Notes: a model not told the origin generated them from the letters alone. 64,000 nt of DNA from Cenarchaeum sp. (GCA_963693095.2 OY843768.1:896001-960000), one strand, 5' to 3'. Counted from the stretch's first letter, positions 9,489-19,371 are shown. Made by a program: numbers and translations.

Positions 9489-10406
9489 CTAGTACACCGC
9501 CGTGAGCCACCCTGCACGCGTTTCGTTGCGCCCCATGACGGCATCCTCGTATGCGCGCATGAGTGTCCTAGTCAGCTCACCAGGCTTGCCGTTGCCGACC
9601 TTTTTGCCGTCGATCGACGTGACCGGCGTGACCTCGGCGGCCGTTCCGGTCAGGAATATCTCGTCGGCCACATAGAGCTCGCTGCGCGCAATGTCGCCGA
9701 CACGCGCGCCGATTCCGGCATCAGGGGCGAGCTGCAGTATGCAGTCGCGCGTGAGGCCCTCGAGTGCGGACGAGGCGAGCGTTGGCGTGATGAGCTCGCC
9801 GTGGCGCACGACAAAGACGTTCTCTCCGGGCGCCTCGCTCAAGAACCCGCGCGAGTCGAGGAGGATCGCCTCGTCGTATCCGTTGCGGTGGGCCTCCTGC
9901 GTTGCGATTATCGCGTTGAGATAGTTTCCGCCCGCCTTTGCCATGTGCGGCGTTGAGGCATCAGAGAACTTTTTCCACGACGAGACGCCCGCCGATATTC
10001 CCGACGCCGGAAAGAGCCGGCCTGCCGGAAACGCGTACATTGCCGTGCGAACCGGCGCGCCGGGCGCAATGTCGAGGTTTATCCCATAGTCGCCTACAAA
10101 GCAGAACGGCCTGACATAGCACGACTTTTTGAGGCGGTTCTTGCGGCAGATGCCAGTGACTGCCGAGGCGAGCTCGTCGGCGCTGTGCTTTAGTGACATC
10201 GAGTAGAATGATGCTGACTCGGCGAGGCGCCTGACGTGGTCGTCGAGGCGCACGACGTTGAGGTTCTTGCCGTTCCAGTATGCGCGGATTCCCTCAAAGA
10301 CAGACGTCCCATAGTGGAGCGCGTGTGTCGTGATGGGCACGCGCGCGCCGGCGAGTGGGCAGTATCGGCCGTCAAGCCACGCCGTGGGACACGGGCTGAA
10401 CTTCAT
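9489..10406 (-). CDS. ilvE: Branched-chain amino acid aminotransferase
   Basis: LHYGTSVFEGIRAY, AKAGGNY, EAPGENVF and GTAAEVTPV. Confidence 0.95.
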   Translation of the reverse strand: MKFSPCPTAWLDGRYCPLAGARVPITTHALHYGTSVFEGIRAYWNGKNLNVVRLDDHVRRLAESASFYSMSLKHSADELASAVTGICRKNRLKKSCYVRPFCFVGDYGINLDIAPGAPVRTAMYAFPAGRLFPASGISAGVSSWKKFSDASTPHMAKAGGNYLNAIIATQEAHRNGYDEAILLDSRGFLSEAPGENVFVVRHGELITPTLASSALEGLTRDCILQLAPDAGIGARVGDIARSELYVADEIFLTGTAAEVTPVTSIDGKKVGNGKPGELTRTLMRAYEDAVMGRNETRAGWLTAVY

Positions 10407-10583
10407 CGTGTTGGGCGTGCGCGCATGGAGTAATTAACGTATTTGCGTGAATTGAGAGTATTCCGTCTAGTGAGGGCGGCGCCACGCGGCAAGAGACTAT
10501 TCCCAGACCCCATGCATAGCGGTCACAGCCGTTCCTGCGATCTCCCAAAACGGATATTAATGCGTCCCCTGGCGCGCGTGGTG

Positions 10584-10703
10584 ATGCCAGAGAGGACAAT
10601 GCCGGTCTGCTGCACCGAGGAGCAGCACCGCATAATCACCGAGTACGCCAAGAGGCACGGCATGACTGACGTGTCACAGGCCGTAGAGTCGTTGCTCGAC
10701 TAG
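10584..10703 (+). CDS. Very small protein, ribbon-helix-helix-like
   Basis: MPERTMPVCCTEEQHRIITEYAKRHGMTDVSQAVESLLD, with an AT-rich box about 25 nt upstream. Confidence 0.5.
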   Translation: MPERTMPVCCTEEQHRIITEYAKRHGMTDVSQAVESLLD

Positions 10704-10766
10704 CCCAACGCTTTTTACCCCTAAGCGGGAGCGCGAGGCCATGAACCCATGGCGTGGTGCGCCCTG

Positions 10767-11177
10767 ATGGGGCTATTTTCAAGAAAGCCAACAGTGTGCG
10801 CCGTGTGCGGCAAGGAGGCGAGGCACTCGCACAAGCCAAAGCGCGAGTGGGGCGTGTCAGGCAGGCTGTGCGGCGACTGCCACGTGGAGAAGACAAAGGC
10901 GCACTATGACTCGATGACGCAGCAGGCATGCGCCGTGTGCGGCACCGTAAAGAGGATGCATGACCTCTGGGAGCCGCACTGGAAGTGGGACATGGACGGC
11001 CTGCTGTGCAAGTCATGCTTTGACTCGCATGGCGAGGAGCACGAGAAAAAGCGCAACAACTGCTCGCGCTGTGGCGGCAAGATGGGAATCATACGCTACA
11101 ACCCAAAGCCAAAGTGGAAGATCACCGGCCAGCTATGCCGGAACTGCTGGGACACGCAAAAGGCCGAGCTCGGCTAG
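10767..11177 (+). CDS. Triple zinc-ribbon repeat protein
   Basis: Three copies of CxxC...W-x3-G-x-L-CxxC. Confidence 0.8.
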   Translation: MGLFSRKPTVCAVCGKEARHSHKPKREWGVSGRLCGDCHVEKTKAHYDSMTQQACAVCGTVKRMHDLWEPHWKWDMDGLLCKSCFDSHGEEHEKKRNNCSRCGGKMGIIRYNPKPKWKITGQLCRNCWDTQKAELG

Positions 11178-11212
11178 CGCGCAGCAGGAATTGAAAGGTG
11201 GGCAGTTGTGCC

Positions 11213-11494
11213 CTAGAGTGCCCTTATCGACTTTACGACGGGGGGCCTGTTCTTTACAAAGACGCGAAACCCGCAGATGCACTTTATCTCTGGCAGCCTG
11301 TCGAGCTCCTCGGCCGGAGCAGGCGTGTTGCAGCGCAGGCAAGAGTACATTACGCTGTTGCGTTCAGGCTCGACATCCTCTTCATCCTCGTCGCCGTCAG
11401 TCGACTCGGCAGCACCCGTTGAGCCAAAGGCCGTGTTGGGCACGAGGGCCGTGTCGGCCTCTGGAGGCGTTGGGGGGACGCTCTCGTCTACCAT
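11213..11494 (-). CDS. rpoP: RNA polymerase subunit Rpo12 (RpoP) with acidic N-terminal extension
   Basis: YSCLRC...IKCICGFRVFVKNRP, located next to rps10. Confidence 0.85.
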   Translation of the reverse strand: MVDESVPPTPPEADTALVPNTAFGSTGAAESTDGDEDEEDVEPERNSVMYSCLRCNTPAPAEELDRLPEIKCICGFRVFVKNRPPVVKSIRAL

Positions 11495-11537
11495 GCCAGA
11501 GCCCCCGCACGCGCCAATTTAAGCCGTTCTGCGCGAG

Positions 11538-11852
11538 TCACTTTAGCACCAGCTCGATATACACGCCATCGGGCATGTTTAGCCTCATCAACTGCCTTAT
11601 CGCCGAGCCCTTGCCATCGGCGCTAATGTCCATGATACGCCGATGCATGCGCATCTCCCACTTTTCGTACGTCTCGGTCCCGCTTCCGCACGGGGACTTG
11701 CGCGTGTCGATGTGGAGGCGCTTTACTGGCAGCGGTGTCGGACCCTTTATGCGAACGCCTGTCTTTAGGCCGATTCCGTGGATCTCCTGGCACACAGAAT
11801 CCAGCTTGGCAAGGTCAGAGCTTGTCAGTTTGACTCGGGCTGACTGGGCCAA
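11538..11852 (-). CDS. rps10: 30S ribosomal protein uS10
   Basis: GPTPLP, RKSPCGSG and WEMRMHRR; follows EF1A. Confidence 0.97.
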   Translation of the reverse strand: MAQSARVKLTSSDLAKLDSVCQEIHGIGLKTGVRIKGPTPLPVKRLHIDTRKSPCGSGTETYEKWEMRMHRRIMDISADGKGSAIRQLMRLNMPDGVYIELVLK

Positions 11853-11864
11853 TCAAGACACCAG

Positions 11865-13172
11865 CTATGGGGTGTGCTCTTCGGTAATCTCTTTCACAAT
11901 TCCGGCGGCAACCGTCGCGCCCATGTCACGCAGGGCAAAGCGACCCATCTCGGGATACTCTTTGAACGTCTCTATGGGCGTCGGGCGGACTGGCCTTATC
12001 CTCACAATGGCCGAGTCGCCGACCTTTAGGAACTTTGGGTTCTCCTCGTCAGTAGCGCCCGTGGCGGCGTTTATCTTTGCCTCAAATGCAGTTATCGTCG
12101 CGGCGACCTGCGCGGTGTGGCAGTGCATGACCGGCGTGTAGCCTGGCGCGATTGCAGTGGGGTGGTGGATCACTATAATCTGCGCCTTGAACTCTTTTGC
12201 TACCTTTGGCGGATCAGCCGGAGAGCCTAGCACGTCACCGCGCTTTATGTCCTTTTTCTCAATTCCGCGAAGGTTGAACCCAATGTTGTCACCGGCCTGT
12301 GCCGACTCTAGCTGCTGGTGGTGCGTCTCTATGGACTTTATCTCTCCGGCAGCGCCAGATGGCATCACGACGATCTTGTCACCAGGCTTCATCTTGCCCG
12401 TCTCGACACGGCCGACTGGAACAGTTCCAACACCCGTGATCGTGTAGACGTCCTGGACAGGCACGCGCAACGGCTTGTTTATCGGCTTCTCCTCGACCTT
12501 GAAGTCATCAAAGCACTCTAGGAGCGTCTTGCCCTTGTACCATGACATGTTCTCGGACTTTTTGACGAGATTGTCGCCCTTCCAGCCCGAGACGGGTATG
12601 AACGGAACATCGTCGAGCTTGTAGCCGACTGACTGGCAGAGCTTGCCGCCCTTTTCAACGACTGCCTTGTAGGCGTCCTCCTTGTAGTCGACGGCGTCCA
12701 TCTTGTTGACTGCCACTATGATCTGCTTTACGCCGAGCGTCTTTAGGAGGAACGCGTGCTCGCGAGCCTGGCCTCCGGCCGCTATTGCCGTGTCAGTCTC
12801 ACCCTCCTTTGCCGAGAGGACGAGAATCGCACAGTCGGCCTCGGAAGCGCCAGTGATCATGTTCTTGATAAAGTCCCTGTGACCGGGCGCGTCGATGAGC
12901 GTAAAGAAGAACTTTGGCGTCTCGAACTTTTGGAACGCGAGGTCTATCGTGATGCCCCTCTCCCTCTCGTCCTTTATGTTGTCCATGACCCAGGCGTACT
13001 TGAAGGTGTCACCCTTGCCCGTCTTTTCGGACTCTTCGGCGTGCTGCGCTATCGTCCTCTCGTCTACCACGCCCAAATCCATGAGAAAGTGACCCATCGT
13101 GGTGGACTTGCCGTTGTCGATGTGTCCCGTGACTATGAGGTTCAGGTGTTCCTTGTCAGCCAAGTGTGACAC
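11865..13172 (-). CDS. tuf: Elongation factor 1-alpha
   Basis: GHIDNGKST, RERGITI, DAPGH and NKMD. Start may be TTG 13163. Confidence 0.99.
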   Translation of the reverse strand: MSHLADKEHLNLIVTGHIDNGKSTTMGHFLMDLGVVDERTIAQHAEESEKTGKGDTFKYAWVMDNIKDERERGITIDLAFQKFETPKFFFTLIDAPGHRDFIKNMITGASEADCAILVLSAKEGETDTAIAAGGQAREHAFLLKTLGVKQIIVAVNKMDAVDYKEDAYKAVVEKGGKLCQSVGYKLDDVPFIPVSGWKGDNLVKKSENMSWYKGKTLLECFDDFKVEEKPINKPLRVPVQDVYTITGVGTVPVGRVETGKMKPGDKIVVMPSGAAGEIKSIETHHQQLESAQAGDNIGFNLRGIEKKDIKRGDVLGSPADPPKVAKEFKAQIIVIHHPTAIAPGYTPVMHCHTAQVAATITAFEAKINAATGATDEENPKFLKVGDSAIVRIRPVRPTPIETFKEYPEMGRFALRDMGATVAAGIVKEITEEHTP

Positions 13173-13590
13173 CCGCCAGAATGGGGGTTTATTACCCTTG
13201 TGGTGGTCGGCGATATGGCCTGCCAGGGCAGGCTAGCCACGGCGCGGCATGGCACGCCGCCGTGGGTCGGCAAGCCCCAGCTTGGGTCAGAACTGCCCAT
13301 GCAGAGCCCCATATCTCGCACCGGGAGGCAGAGCGAGCCGACTAGCGCAAACGCCTCAACAGAGCCGCCATGCAGGGCTCCCGTCTCTTGCATCAGGCGC
13401 ACGCGGCAGGGCGGCAATCACCCGTGACGTGTCCAGGCGAAGCCCATGCGCAGAACCGCAGACGATGCCCCCAAGGCAGTCCACAGGATGTGGCCATGCC
13501 CCCATACCACATAACCACCGGAAGGCCAGAAATCGGCCATCCCGATCAGGCCAAGCACAGGCAATAAATACAACGCGTGTTCAGCCGGGC

Positions 13591-14154
13591 GTGTTGAAAG
13601 TAGTCGAGGTAAGCGTACAAGATACTATGAGGCGTTACGGCATCATAGACCCCAGAGACGAGGACGCATCGCGAGAAAGAGTCAGACTGACATGCTCGTT
13701 TTTGCACATGCTGCGTAATGAGAATCTGATCATATGCAAGAAATCTCCGGACATAGCACCACTGGACACGAGAAAGCGAATTCAGAGTATGACGTATTTG
13801 GCATTTCGCTTGTTCGAGCTTCCGCTTGGATATTGGTATAATTTGTACATATATGGGCCATACTCGGTCACGCTGGCTGCAGACTATTACGGGATTCCAA
13901 ACCTCAAAGAGCAGAAAGCCATCACCATTAAAGAATGGTCAGAGATGGAGAAATTTTTAAAGTTTGTAAAGGGGCAAAGCACAGATTGGTTGGAGGCAGT
14001 CACAACCCTGCATTACATAGCCGCAAAGGAGGAAATTTCAGGCGACGAGCTGGTGTCGCGCGTCAAGAACCTCATGTGGGAATTCGACATCAAGGCAGCA
14101 TATGACGAGGTGAACACGACGAGTTTTTGGGACAAGGCAAGATATCTTTTATGA
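13591..14154 (+). CDS. YwgA/Panacea(SocA, DUF4065)-like winged-helix protein
   Basis: RKRIQSMTYL...LGYWYNLYIYGPYSVTL...WLEAVTTLH. AT-richer than the host, with AATAAATA about 22 nt upstream of GTG 13591. Confidence 0.6.
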   Translation: MLKVVEVSVQDTMRRYGIIDPRDEDASRERVRLTCSFLHMLRNENLIICKKSPDIAPLDTRKRIQSMTYLAFRLFELPLGYWYNLYIYGPYSVTLAADYYGIPNLKEQKAITIKEWSEMEKFLKFVKGQSTDWLEAVTTLHYIAAKEEISGDELVSRVKNLMWEFDIKAAYDEVNTTSFWDKARYLL

Positions 14155-14514
14155 AAAGACGCCATTATTGCCGTATGCATATCTGACCACGTCAACTGGC
14201 ATCACGTGACCAGGAAAGACAACACAATACGGACAAGGCGAATAGCTCGCCAAACGACTCTGCCCAGAGACTAAAGCCCACGGCGTTCTCGCCTAGCATC
14301 GCATCGACCATGCCTTGCCGTCCCATCATCGTGCCCACGCACGAGTTTAGCAAACCCGCCATTCTAGCCAGGCGAGCACCCCGCCGAGCCACCTGCCACA
14401 GTTGCCGCCAAGGCGGCAAGAAACGCGCCCCTGGGTTCACCAGATGGCTCCGGTGCCGCCCCTCACGCCCCCAAGGCAGAACGACATAAATCAGACGGGA
14501 TTTGGCGCCCCCGC

Positions 14515-15645
14515 ATGAAGGTCACAGTGTCTGCCATAAAGGCCGACGTTGGCGGGATCGGGGGCCACACAAGGCCGAGTGATGCGCTCCTCGAGGCGGT
14601 CCGCAAGACTGTCGCCGCATCAGACATTCTCCTTGACAGCTATATCGGATACTGCGGTGATGACGTCCACATTGTGATGGCCCACACGCGCGGCACTGAC
14701 AACACTGACGTGCACGGCCTGGCATGGCGCGCCTTTGAGGCCGGAACAGAGGTCGCAAGGCGCGAGGGACTCTATGGGGCCGGCCAGGACCTGCTAAAGG
14801 ACTCGTTCTCTGGAAACGTAAAGGGCATGGGGCCCGGAGCCGCCGAGATCGAGTTCGAGGAGAGGCCAAATGAGGCCTTTGTAGTATTTGCGGCCGACAA
14901 GACCGAGCCCGGCGCGTTCAACTATCCGCTCTACCGCCTCTTTGCGGACAGCCTCAGCAACACGGGCCTCATTGTCAACAAGTCACTCGCATCAGGCGTT
15001 GTCATGGACATCATGGACGTCGAGGAGGGCATGGTGGCCAGCCTCAGCCTCTGGGAGGACAAGCCGGCCATAGAGGCCGCGCTAATGTATCCCGGCAGGT
15101 ATGTCATCGAGTCTGTCCGCACGCGCGAGGGCGAGCCCATACTCTCCGCGTCAACTGACAGGCTGCACAACATAGCCGGCACGTACGTCGGAAAGGACGA
15201 TCCCATATGCCTAGTGCGCACGCAAAAGCTGTTTCCGGCAACAGAGGAGGCCGGCAGCGTCTTTAACAATCCCCACTATGTTGCCGGAAACACTCGCGGC
15301 AGCCACAATATGCCACTCATGCCCGTAAAGCTAAACACGGCGGCTAGCATCAACTTTTGCATACCCATAGTGTCATCGCTCGTGTTCAGCATGCACGATG
15401 GCAAGTTCACCGGCCCGTTTGACGGCTTTTCAACGCCGGACTGGGATTACATCCGCAACATCGCAGTCAGGAAGGCCATGGCGATGCGCAGCCAGGGCTT
15501 TATCCATCCGGCCACGCTCGTGCCATCGGAGCTAGAGTACGCCGAGGGGTACAAGGCCATAATGGATCGCGTGCGATCCAGGATGCGCCCTGTTGAGGGC
15601 GGCGATGGCGGGGCGCGCAAGGGAACCTATGAGGATCCCGACTAG
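14515..15645 (+). CDS. fbp: Fructose-1,6-bisphosphate aldolase/phosphatase (class V)
   Basis: IKADVGGIGGH, GLYGAGQDLL, ADKTEPGAFN and YVGKDDP. Confidence 0.97.
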   Translation: MKVTVSAIKADVGGIGGHTRPSDALLEAVRKTVAASDILLDSYIGYCGDDVHIVMAHTRGTDNTDVHGLAWRAFEAGTEVARREGLYGAGQDLLKDSFSGNVKGMGPGAAEIEFEERPNEAFVVFAADKTEPGAFNYPLYRLFADSLSNTGLIVNKSLASGVVMDIMDVEEGMVASLSLWEDKPAIEAALMYPGRYVIESVRTREGEPILSASTDRLHNIAGTYVGKDDPICLVRTQKLFPATEEAGSVFNNPHYVAGNTRGSHNMPLMPVKLNTAASINFCIPIVSSLVFSMHDGKFTGPFDGFSTPDWDYIRNIAVRKAMAMRSQGFIHPATLVPSELEYAEGYKAIMDRVRSRMRPVEGGDGGARKGTYEDPD

Positions 15646-15719
15646 AATCCTGATCGCAGGCGCAGCCAATGGACAAAATGTCGGCAAGGCTTAAAAACAA
15701 ACTGCCCCACCGCCCCGCC

Positions 15720-16115
15720 ATGAGCGGTCCGGGAGTCGCGACGGTCATCATACCCGTGCTAGGCGTAGTGGCATTTGCGCAGACGCTAGTCACGCTCTTT
15801 GGAAAGGACATACCCGGCGTGATGATATCGTTCTTCAAGGGGGCCGAGGAGTTTGTCATGCTCGGGCTCATCTTTGTCTTTGTCCTTGCGTGGATGAGGA
15901 GGGCGCAGCCGCGCCAGCGCAGCGGGCCGTACTCGATAGTCGCCTTTGACGTCTTTGGCCACGAGACGCGCGTGGACGGGATTCGCACGTCATTTAGGAG
16001 CCGCGATGTCGCGCTGAGCTTTGCGAGGCAGTACAGGCGCATGCACCCCATGCACAACTTTGCCGTCCTGACTGACGCCAGCGAGACACGGCGCACGATA
16101 ATACGCTACGTCTAG
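15720..16115 (+). CDS. Hypothetical membrane protein
   Basis: Two TM segments plus a soluble C-terminal domain; host-like codon usage. Confidence 0.65.
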   Translation: MSGPGVATVIIPVLGVVAFAQTLVTLFGKDIPGVMISFFKGAEEFVMLGLIFVFVLAWMRRAQPRQRSGPYSIVAFDVFGHETRVDGIRTSFRSRDVALSFARQYRRMHPMHNFAVLTDASETRRTIIRYV

Positions 16116-16173
16116 GGCGCGCGTGGCACTGGGCAGCTAATTTTTAACCCAAGGGCTCACGCCGCGCCCTGCA

Positions 16174-17943
16174 ATGGAGTTCTCTGTCCTGTCTGACGCC
16201 TTTGGCCTCATGGAAAAGACCTCAAAGCGCACAGAGCTCACCGAGATACTCGTCGGCCTCCTCAAGTCCACGCCGACAGACACTGTTGCCAATGTCGTGT
16301 ACATGCTGCAGGGAATGCTGCGGCCTGGATTTGACGGCATAGAGCTCGGGATTGCCGAAAAGTCCGCCATACGCGCAATAGCAAAGTCATCTGGCGCATC
16401 GGCCGCCGAAGTCGATCGCGCATACAAGAAAAAGGGCGACCTCGGCGTTGCCGCATCCGAGATACTCCAAAAAAAGACCCAGTCGACGCTGGCTGCTGCT
16501 GACATTACAGTCGAGCGCGTGTATGACACGCTGATGAAGATAGCAATGTCTGAGGGGGCGCGCTCCCAGGATCTAAAGGTCAGGTATGTCTCTAGCCTGC
16601 TCAATGACGCCAATGCGACAGAGGCAAAGTTCATCCTAAAGCTCCTTTTGGGCACGCTCAGGCTCGGGGTTGCAGGAAACACGATAATGGACGCACTGGC
16701 CATAGCGCACACTGGCTCAAAGGACGCGCGTGCCGAGATCGAGGCGGCATACAATGTGTCAAGTGACCTCGGTGCCGTGGCCGAGGCAGTTGCGCTCTCT
16801 GGCATTGATGGCGTCAGGGCATTTGAGATCATGGTCCACCGGCCCGTGCGCCCAATGCTCGCCGAGCGCGCAAGGAGCGAGGCCGAGGCGATAAAAAAGA
16901 TGGGTGAGGAGTGCAGTGCCGAGTACAAGCTAGACGGCGAGCGCGCGCAGATACACATTGGCGAGGGGCGCGTGAGGGTCTTTTCGCGCAGCAACGAGGA
17001 GGTGACTAGGTTCTATCCGGACATTGTCGAGAGGATACCTGACGTCATTGGAGCAAGTGAGGCCATACTGGAGGGCGAGGCAGTGGCGATGAACGCTGAC
17101 CGCACGGAGTTTCTGCCGTTTCAGGAGCTCATGCACAGGCGCAAAAAGCATGGCGTTGACAGGGCAGTGCTAAAGTATCCAATAAGCGTCAACTTTTTTG
17201 ATGTCCTGTATGTTGACGGTCAGGGAGTCCTCGACGAGCCGTATTCAGAGAGGCGCGCGCGCCTCGAGGGGATCATAAAGCCCGATAATGGCGGGTTTGC
17301 GCGGTGCATACCGCGTGAGGTCGTGCGCACCGAGGCGGCGATCGCAGACTTTGTCGAGGAGAGCATTGCGGCAGGCTGCGAGGGAATAATGCTAAAGAGC
17401 CATGACTCGCCATACAAGGCCGGCTCGCGCGGCAGCCACTGGCTAAAGCTAAAGCGCGAGTACAGAAACGAGCTGGGCGACAGCCTGGACCTCGTCGTCA
17501 TTGGCGGCTTTTTCGGGAGGGGCAGGCGCACCGGCTCGTATGGCACGCTCCTCCTTGCGACATATGATGCCGACAGGGACGTGTTCTCGAGCATATGCAA
17601 GGTGGGCACGGGGTTTACTGACGAGGATCTCGACAGGCTGTACCAGATGCTCTCCCCGCGCGTGACGCTGAGGCGCGATGCGCGAGTCGAGAGTGGCCTG
17701 GAGCCTGACGTCTGGTTTGCCCCCGAGGTCGTCATAGAGGTCGTCGCCTCGGAGATCACGCTCAGCCCCACGCACCTGTCGGCCATGGACGCAGTAAAGA
17801 AGGGCCATGGCATGGCCCTGCGGTTCCCAAAGTTCACCGGCCGCGTCCGCGAGGAAAAGTCCGCCGAGGACGCATCTAGCGGCGAGGAGGTCATCACGCT
17901 ATATCGCGGTCAGGTAAAGTCAGCGGTTCAGGGCGGCGACTAG
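16174..17943 (+). CDS. lig: ATP-dependent DNA ligase
   Basis: EYKLDGER, EGIMLK, WLKLK and LRFPKF. Confidence 0.98.
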   Translation: MEFSVLSDAFGLMEKTSKRTELTEILVGLLKSTPTDTVANVVYMLQGMLRPGFDGIELGIAEKSAIRAIAKSSGASAAEVDRAYKKKGDLGVAASEILQKKTQSTLAAADITVERVYDTLMKIAMSEGARSQDLKVRYVSSLLNDANATEAKFILKLLLGTLRLGVAGNTIMDALAIAHTGSKDARAEIEAAYNVSSDLGAVAEAVALSGIDGVRAFEIMVHRPVRPMLAERARSEAEAIKKMGEECSAEYKLDGERAQIHIGEGRVRVFSRSNEEVTRFYPDIVERIPDVIGASEAILEGEAVAMNADRTEFLPFQELMHRRKKHGVDRAVLKYPISVNFFDVLYVDGQGVLDEPYSERRARLEGIIKPDNGGFARCIPREVVRTEAAIADFVEESIAAGCEGIMLKSHDSPYKAGSRGSHWLKLKREYRNELGDSLDLVVIGGFFGRGRRTGSYGTLLLATYDADRDVFSSICKVGTGFTDEDLDRLYQMLSPRVTLRRDARVESGLEPDVWFAPEVVIEVVASEITLSPTHLSAMDAVKKGHGMALRFPKFTGRVREEKSAEDASSGEEVITLYRGQVKSAVQGGD

Positions 17944-18196
17944 GGCGCGCAACAGGCAGCACACCACAACGCGCAAGGACGGCACGCGGCAGTCCACAAC
18001 TTGCCGGTGTGACAGCCATCACGCAGCAACATGCAGAGGGAACAGCACAGTGCTACCACAAGCGCAACGCATTCCCACACATTCACGCAACACGAGGGAG
18101 GAACGTGTGCGCAGGGTTCAGGAAGTGGCAAGGACTGTTTTGGATCACACGAGGCATAGTGGACTATAACACATTCCGCAATCTTTTCTTGAAACA

Positions 18197-18573
18197 CTAG
18201 GTGGAACTCTCAAGATCATGCAATTTGCTTCGTAGTAATTTTAGCATATTCGGATCATCCTTATTCATAGCACGGTATAGATCATAGAGGTCGGGTTGGT
18301 GTTTTTCCAGATAACGAATGTTGCCGGAAGTTAATAGTCCCACATATACATCATTAATTACCATGACACGGTTTGAGAGACCACGAGACCGCATCGTCAC
18401 GATGAGTCGATGGTTTTCTCGCAATTCATTACACAGTATTCTAATCAGACTTTGACGCATATCGCGCGTGTCCAGTGTTTGCGGGCGAAATAGGCAACTG
18501 TGCCAAATACAACAGCCACAAAAATAGGATCGTTTAAAATTCCCCAAAGGTATTCTAGAATCATAATGATCAC
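18197..18573 (-). pseudogene. Frameshifted gene for an N-terminally membrane-anchored protein (pseudogene or recoded)
   Basis: GTG 18573 overlaps the upstream TGA and encodes a 42-aa TM peptide ending at 18445. The -1 frame stays open to 18197. Confidence 0.5.
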
Positions 18574-18872
18574 CAATACTGTTCAATAATTTGGGCTATG
18601 AGCTTGTCTTTGCTTTCTTCTGACAATAGCTGAACTATCCTTTTGGGATTTTGTGCAAAAGCAGGACGTTCGTTGAGATCTAGTCTGATGTCCGAGTCAG
18701 CCAGATCACGCAATGTAACGGCAAGAGATATGTCTGCATAATGTCCATAACCAGAAAATTTGTCTTTCATGTTGCTCGGATTGGCAACGCGAGCAGACAG
18801 TGAAATGTCGACTTTGTTTGTGTCATAGCCGCTAGCAAGATTTGCGTCTTTGGCCATACTAGCACCTGTCAT
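18570..18872 (-). CDS. Hypothetical protein, middle gene of an AT-rich operon
   Basis: Abuts or overlaps both neighbours. Start is 18872 or 18857. Confidence 0.6.
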   Translation of the reverse strand: MTGASMAKDANLASGYDTNKVDISLSARVANPSNMKDKFSGYGHYADISLAVTLRDLADSDIRLDLNERPAFAQNPKRIVQLLSEESKDKLIAQIIEQYW

Positions 18873-19371
18873 CAGGAATCAACCCCTCTTTGCAAAGTGC
18901 TTTCCACATGGACTGGCACGTATCTTTGTTCACATCTTGTCCTTGCATTTTTTTCAGCACACGATCAAATATGGCCTGTTTAGACATTTTAGTGGTAATC
19001 ACAAGCAAGTGTAATGACGAGGCGACTTCCAAACGAACAAGATCAGTTGGCCCGTCCATGATGGAACCGATGAATTGGATGCAACGATCCAGCTTTTTTT
19101 GTTTGAGAGGGTCTACGAGTCTCACCTTTACACCATCTGGAATTTCCCCATGAATCTCGGTCAGCTCGAATCCCGCCCTGGCCAGATTGGTGCAGTATGG
19201 CCCACGAAAGTACCAGGAAAACCCATATCCAAGATACACGTCAAAAGCCTCGATCATGTAGACCAGCTTTTGTAGGCGAAGTCTGTCTTCAAAGGTGTCC
19301 ATCTTAAAGTCCGAGTGCGGTATGAGCTTTAAGATGTATCCCAGGACTGGGACGTTTGGCTCGACGATCAT
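18859..19371 (-). CDS. YwgA/Panacea(SocA, DUF4065)-like protein
   Basis: RLRLQKLVYM...GFSWYFRGPYCTNL...LEVASSLH. Confidence 0.7.
   Translation of the reverse strand: MIVEPNVPVLGYILKLIPHSDFKMDTFEDRLRLQKLVYMIEAFDVYLGYGFSWYFRGPYCTNLARAGFELTEIHGEIPDGVKVRLVDPLKQKKLDRCIQFIGSIMDGPTDLVRLEVASSLHLLVITTKMSKQAIFDRVLKKMQGQDVNKDTCQSMWKALCKEGLIPDDRC

Noticed and set aside
13200-13590. Possible RNase P or SRP RNA upstream of EF1A
   Set aside because: I found no GAGGAAAGUCC/AACAGAA RNase P motifs and no SRP helix-8 motif on either strand.
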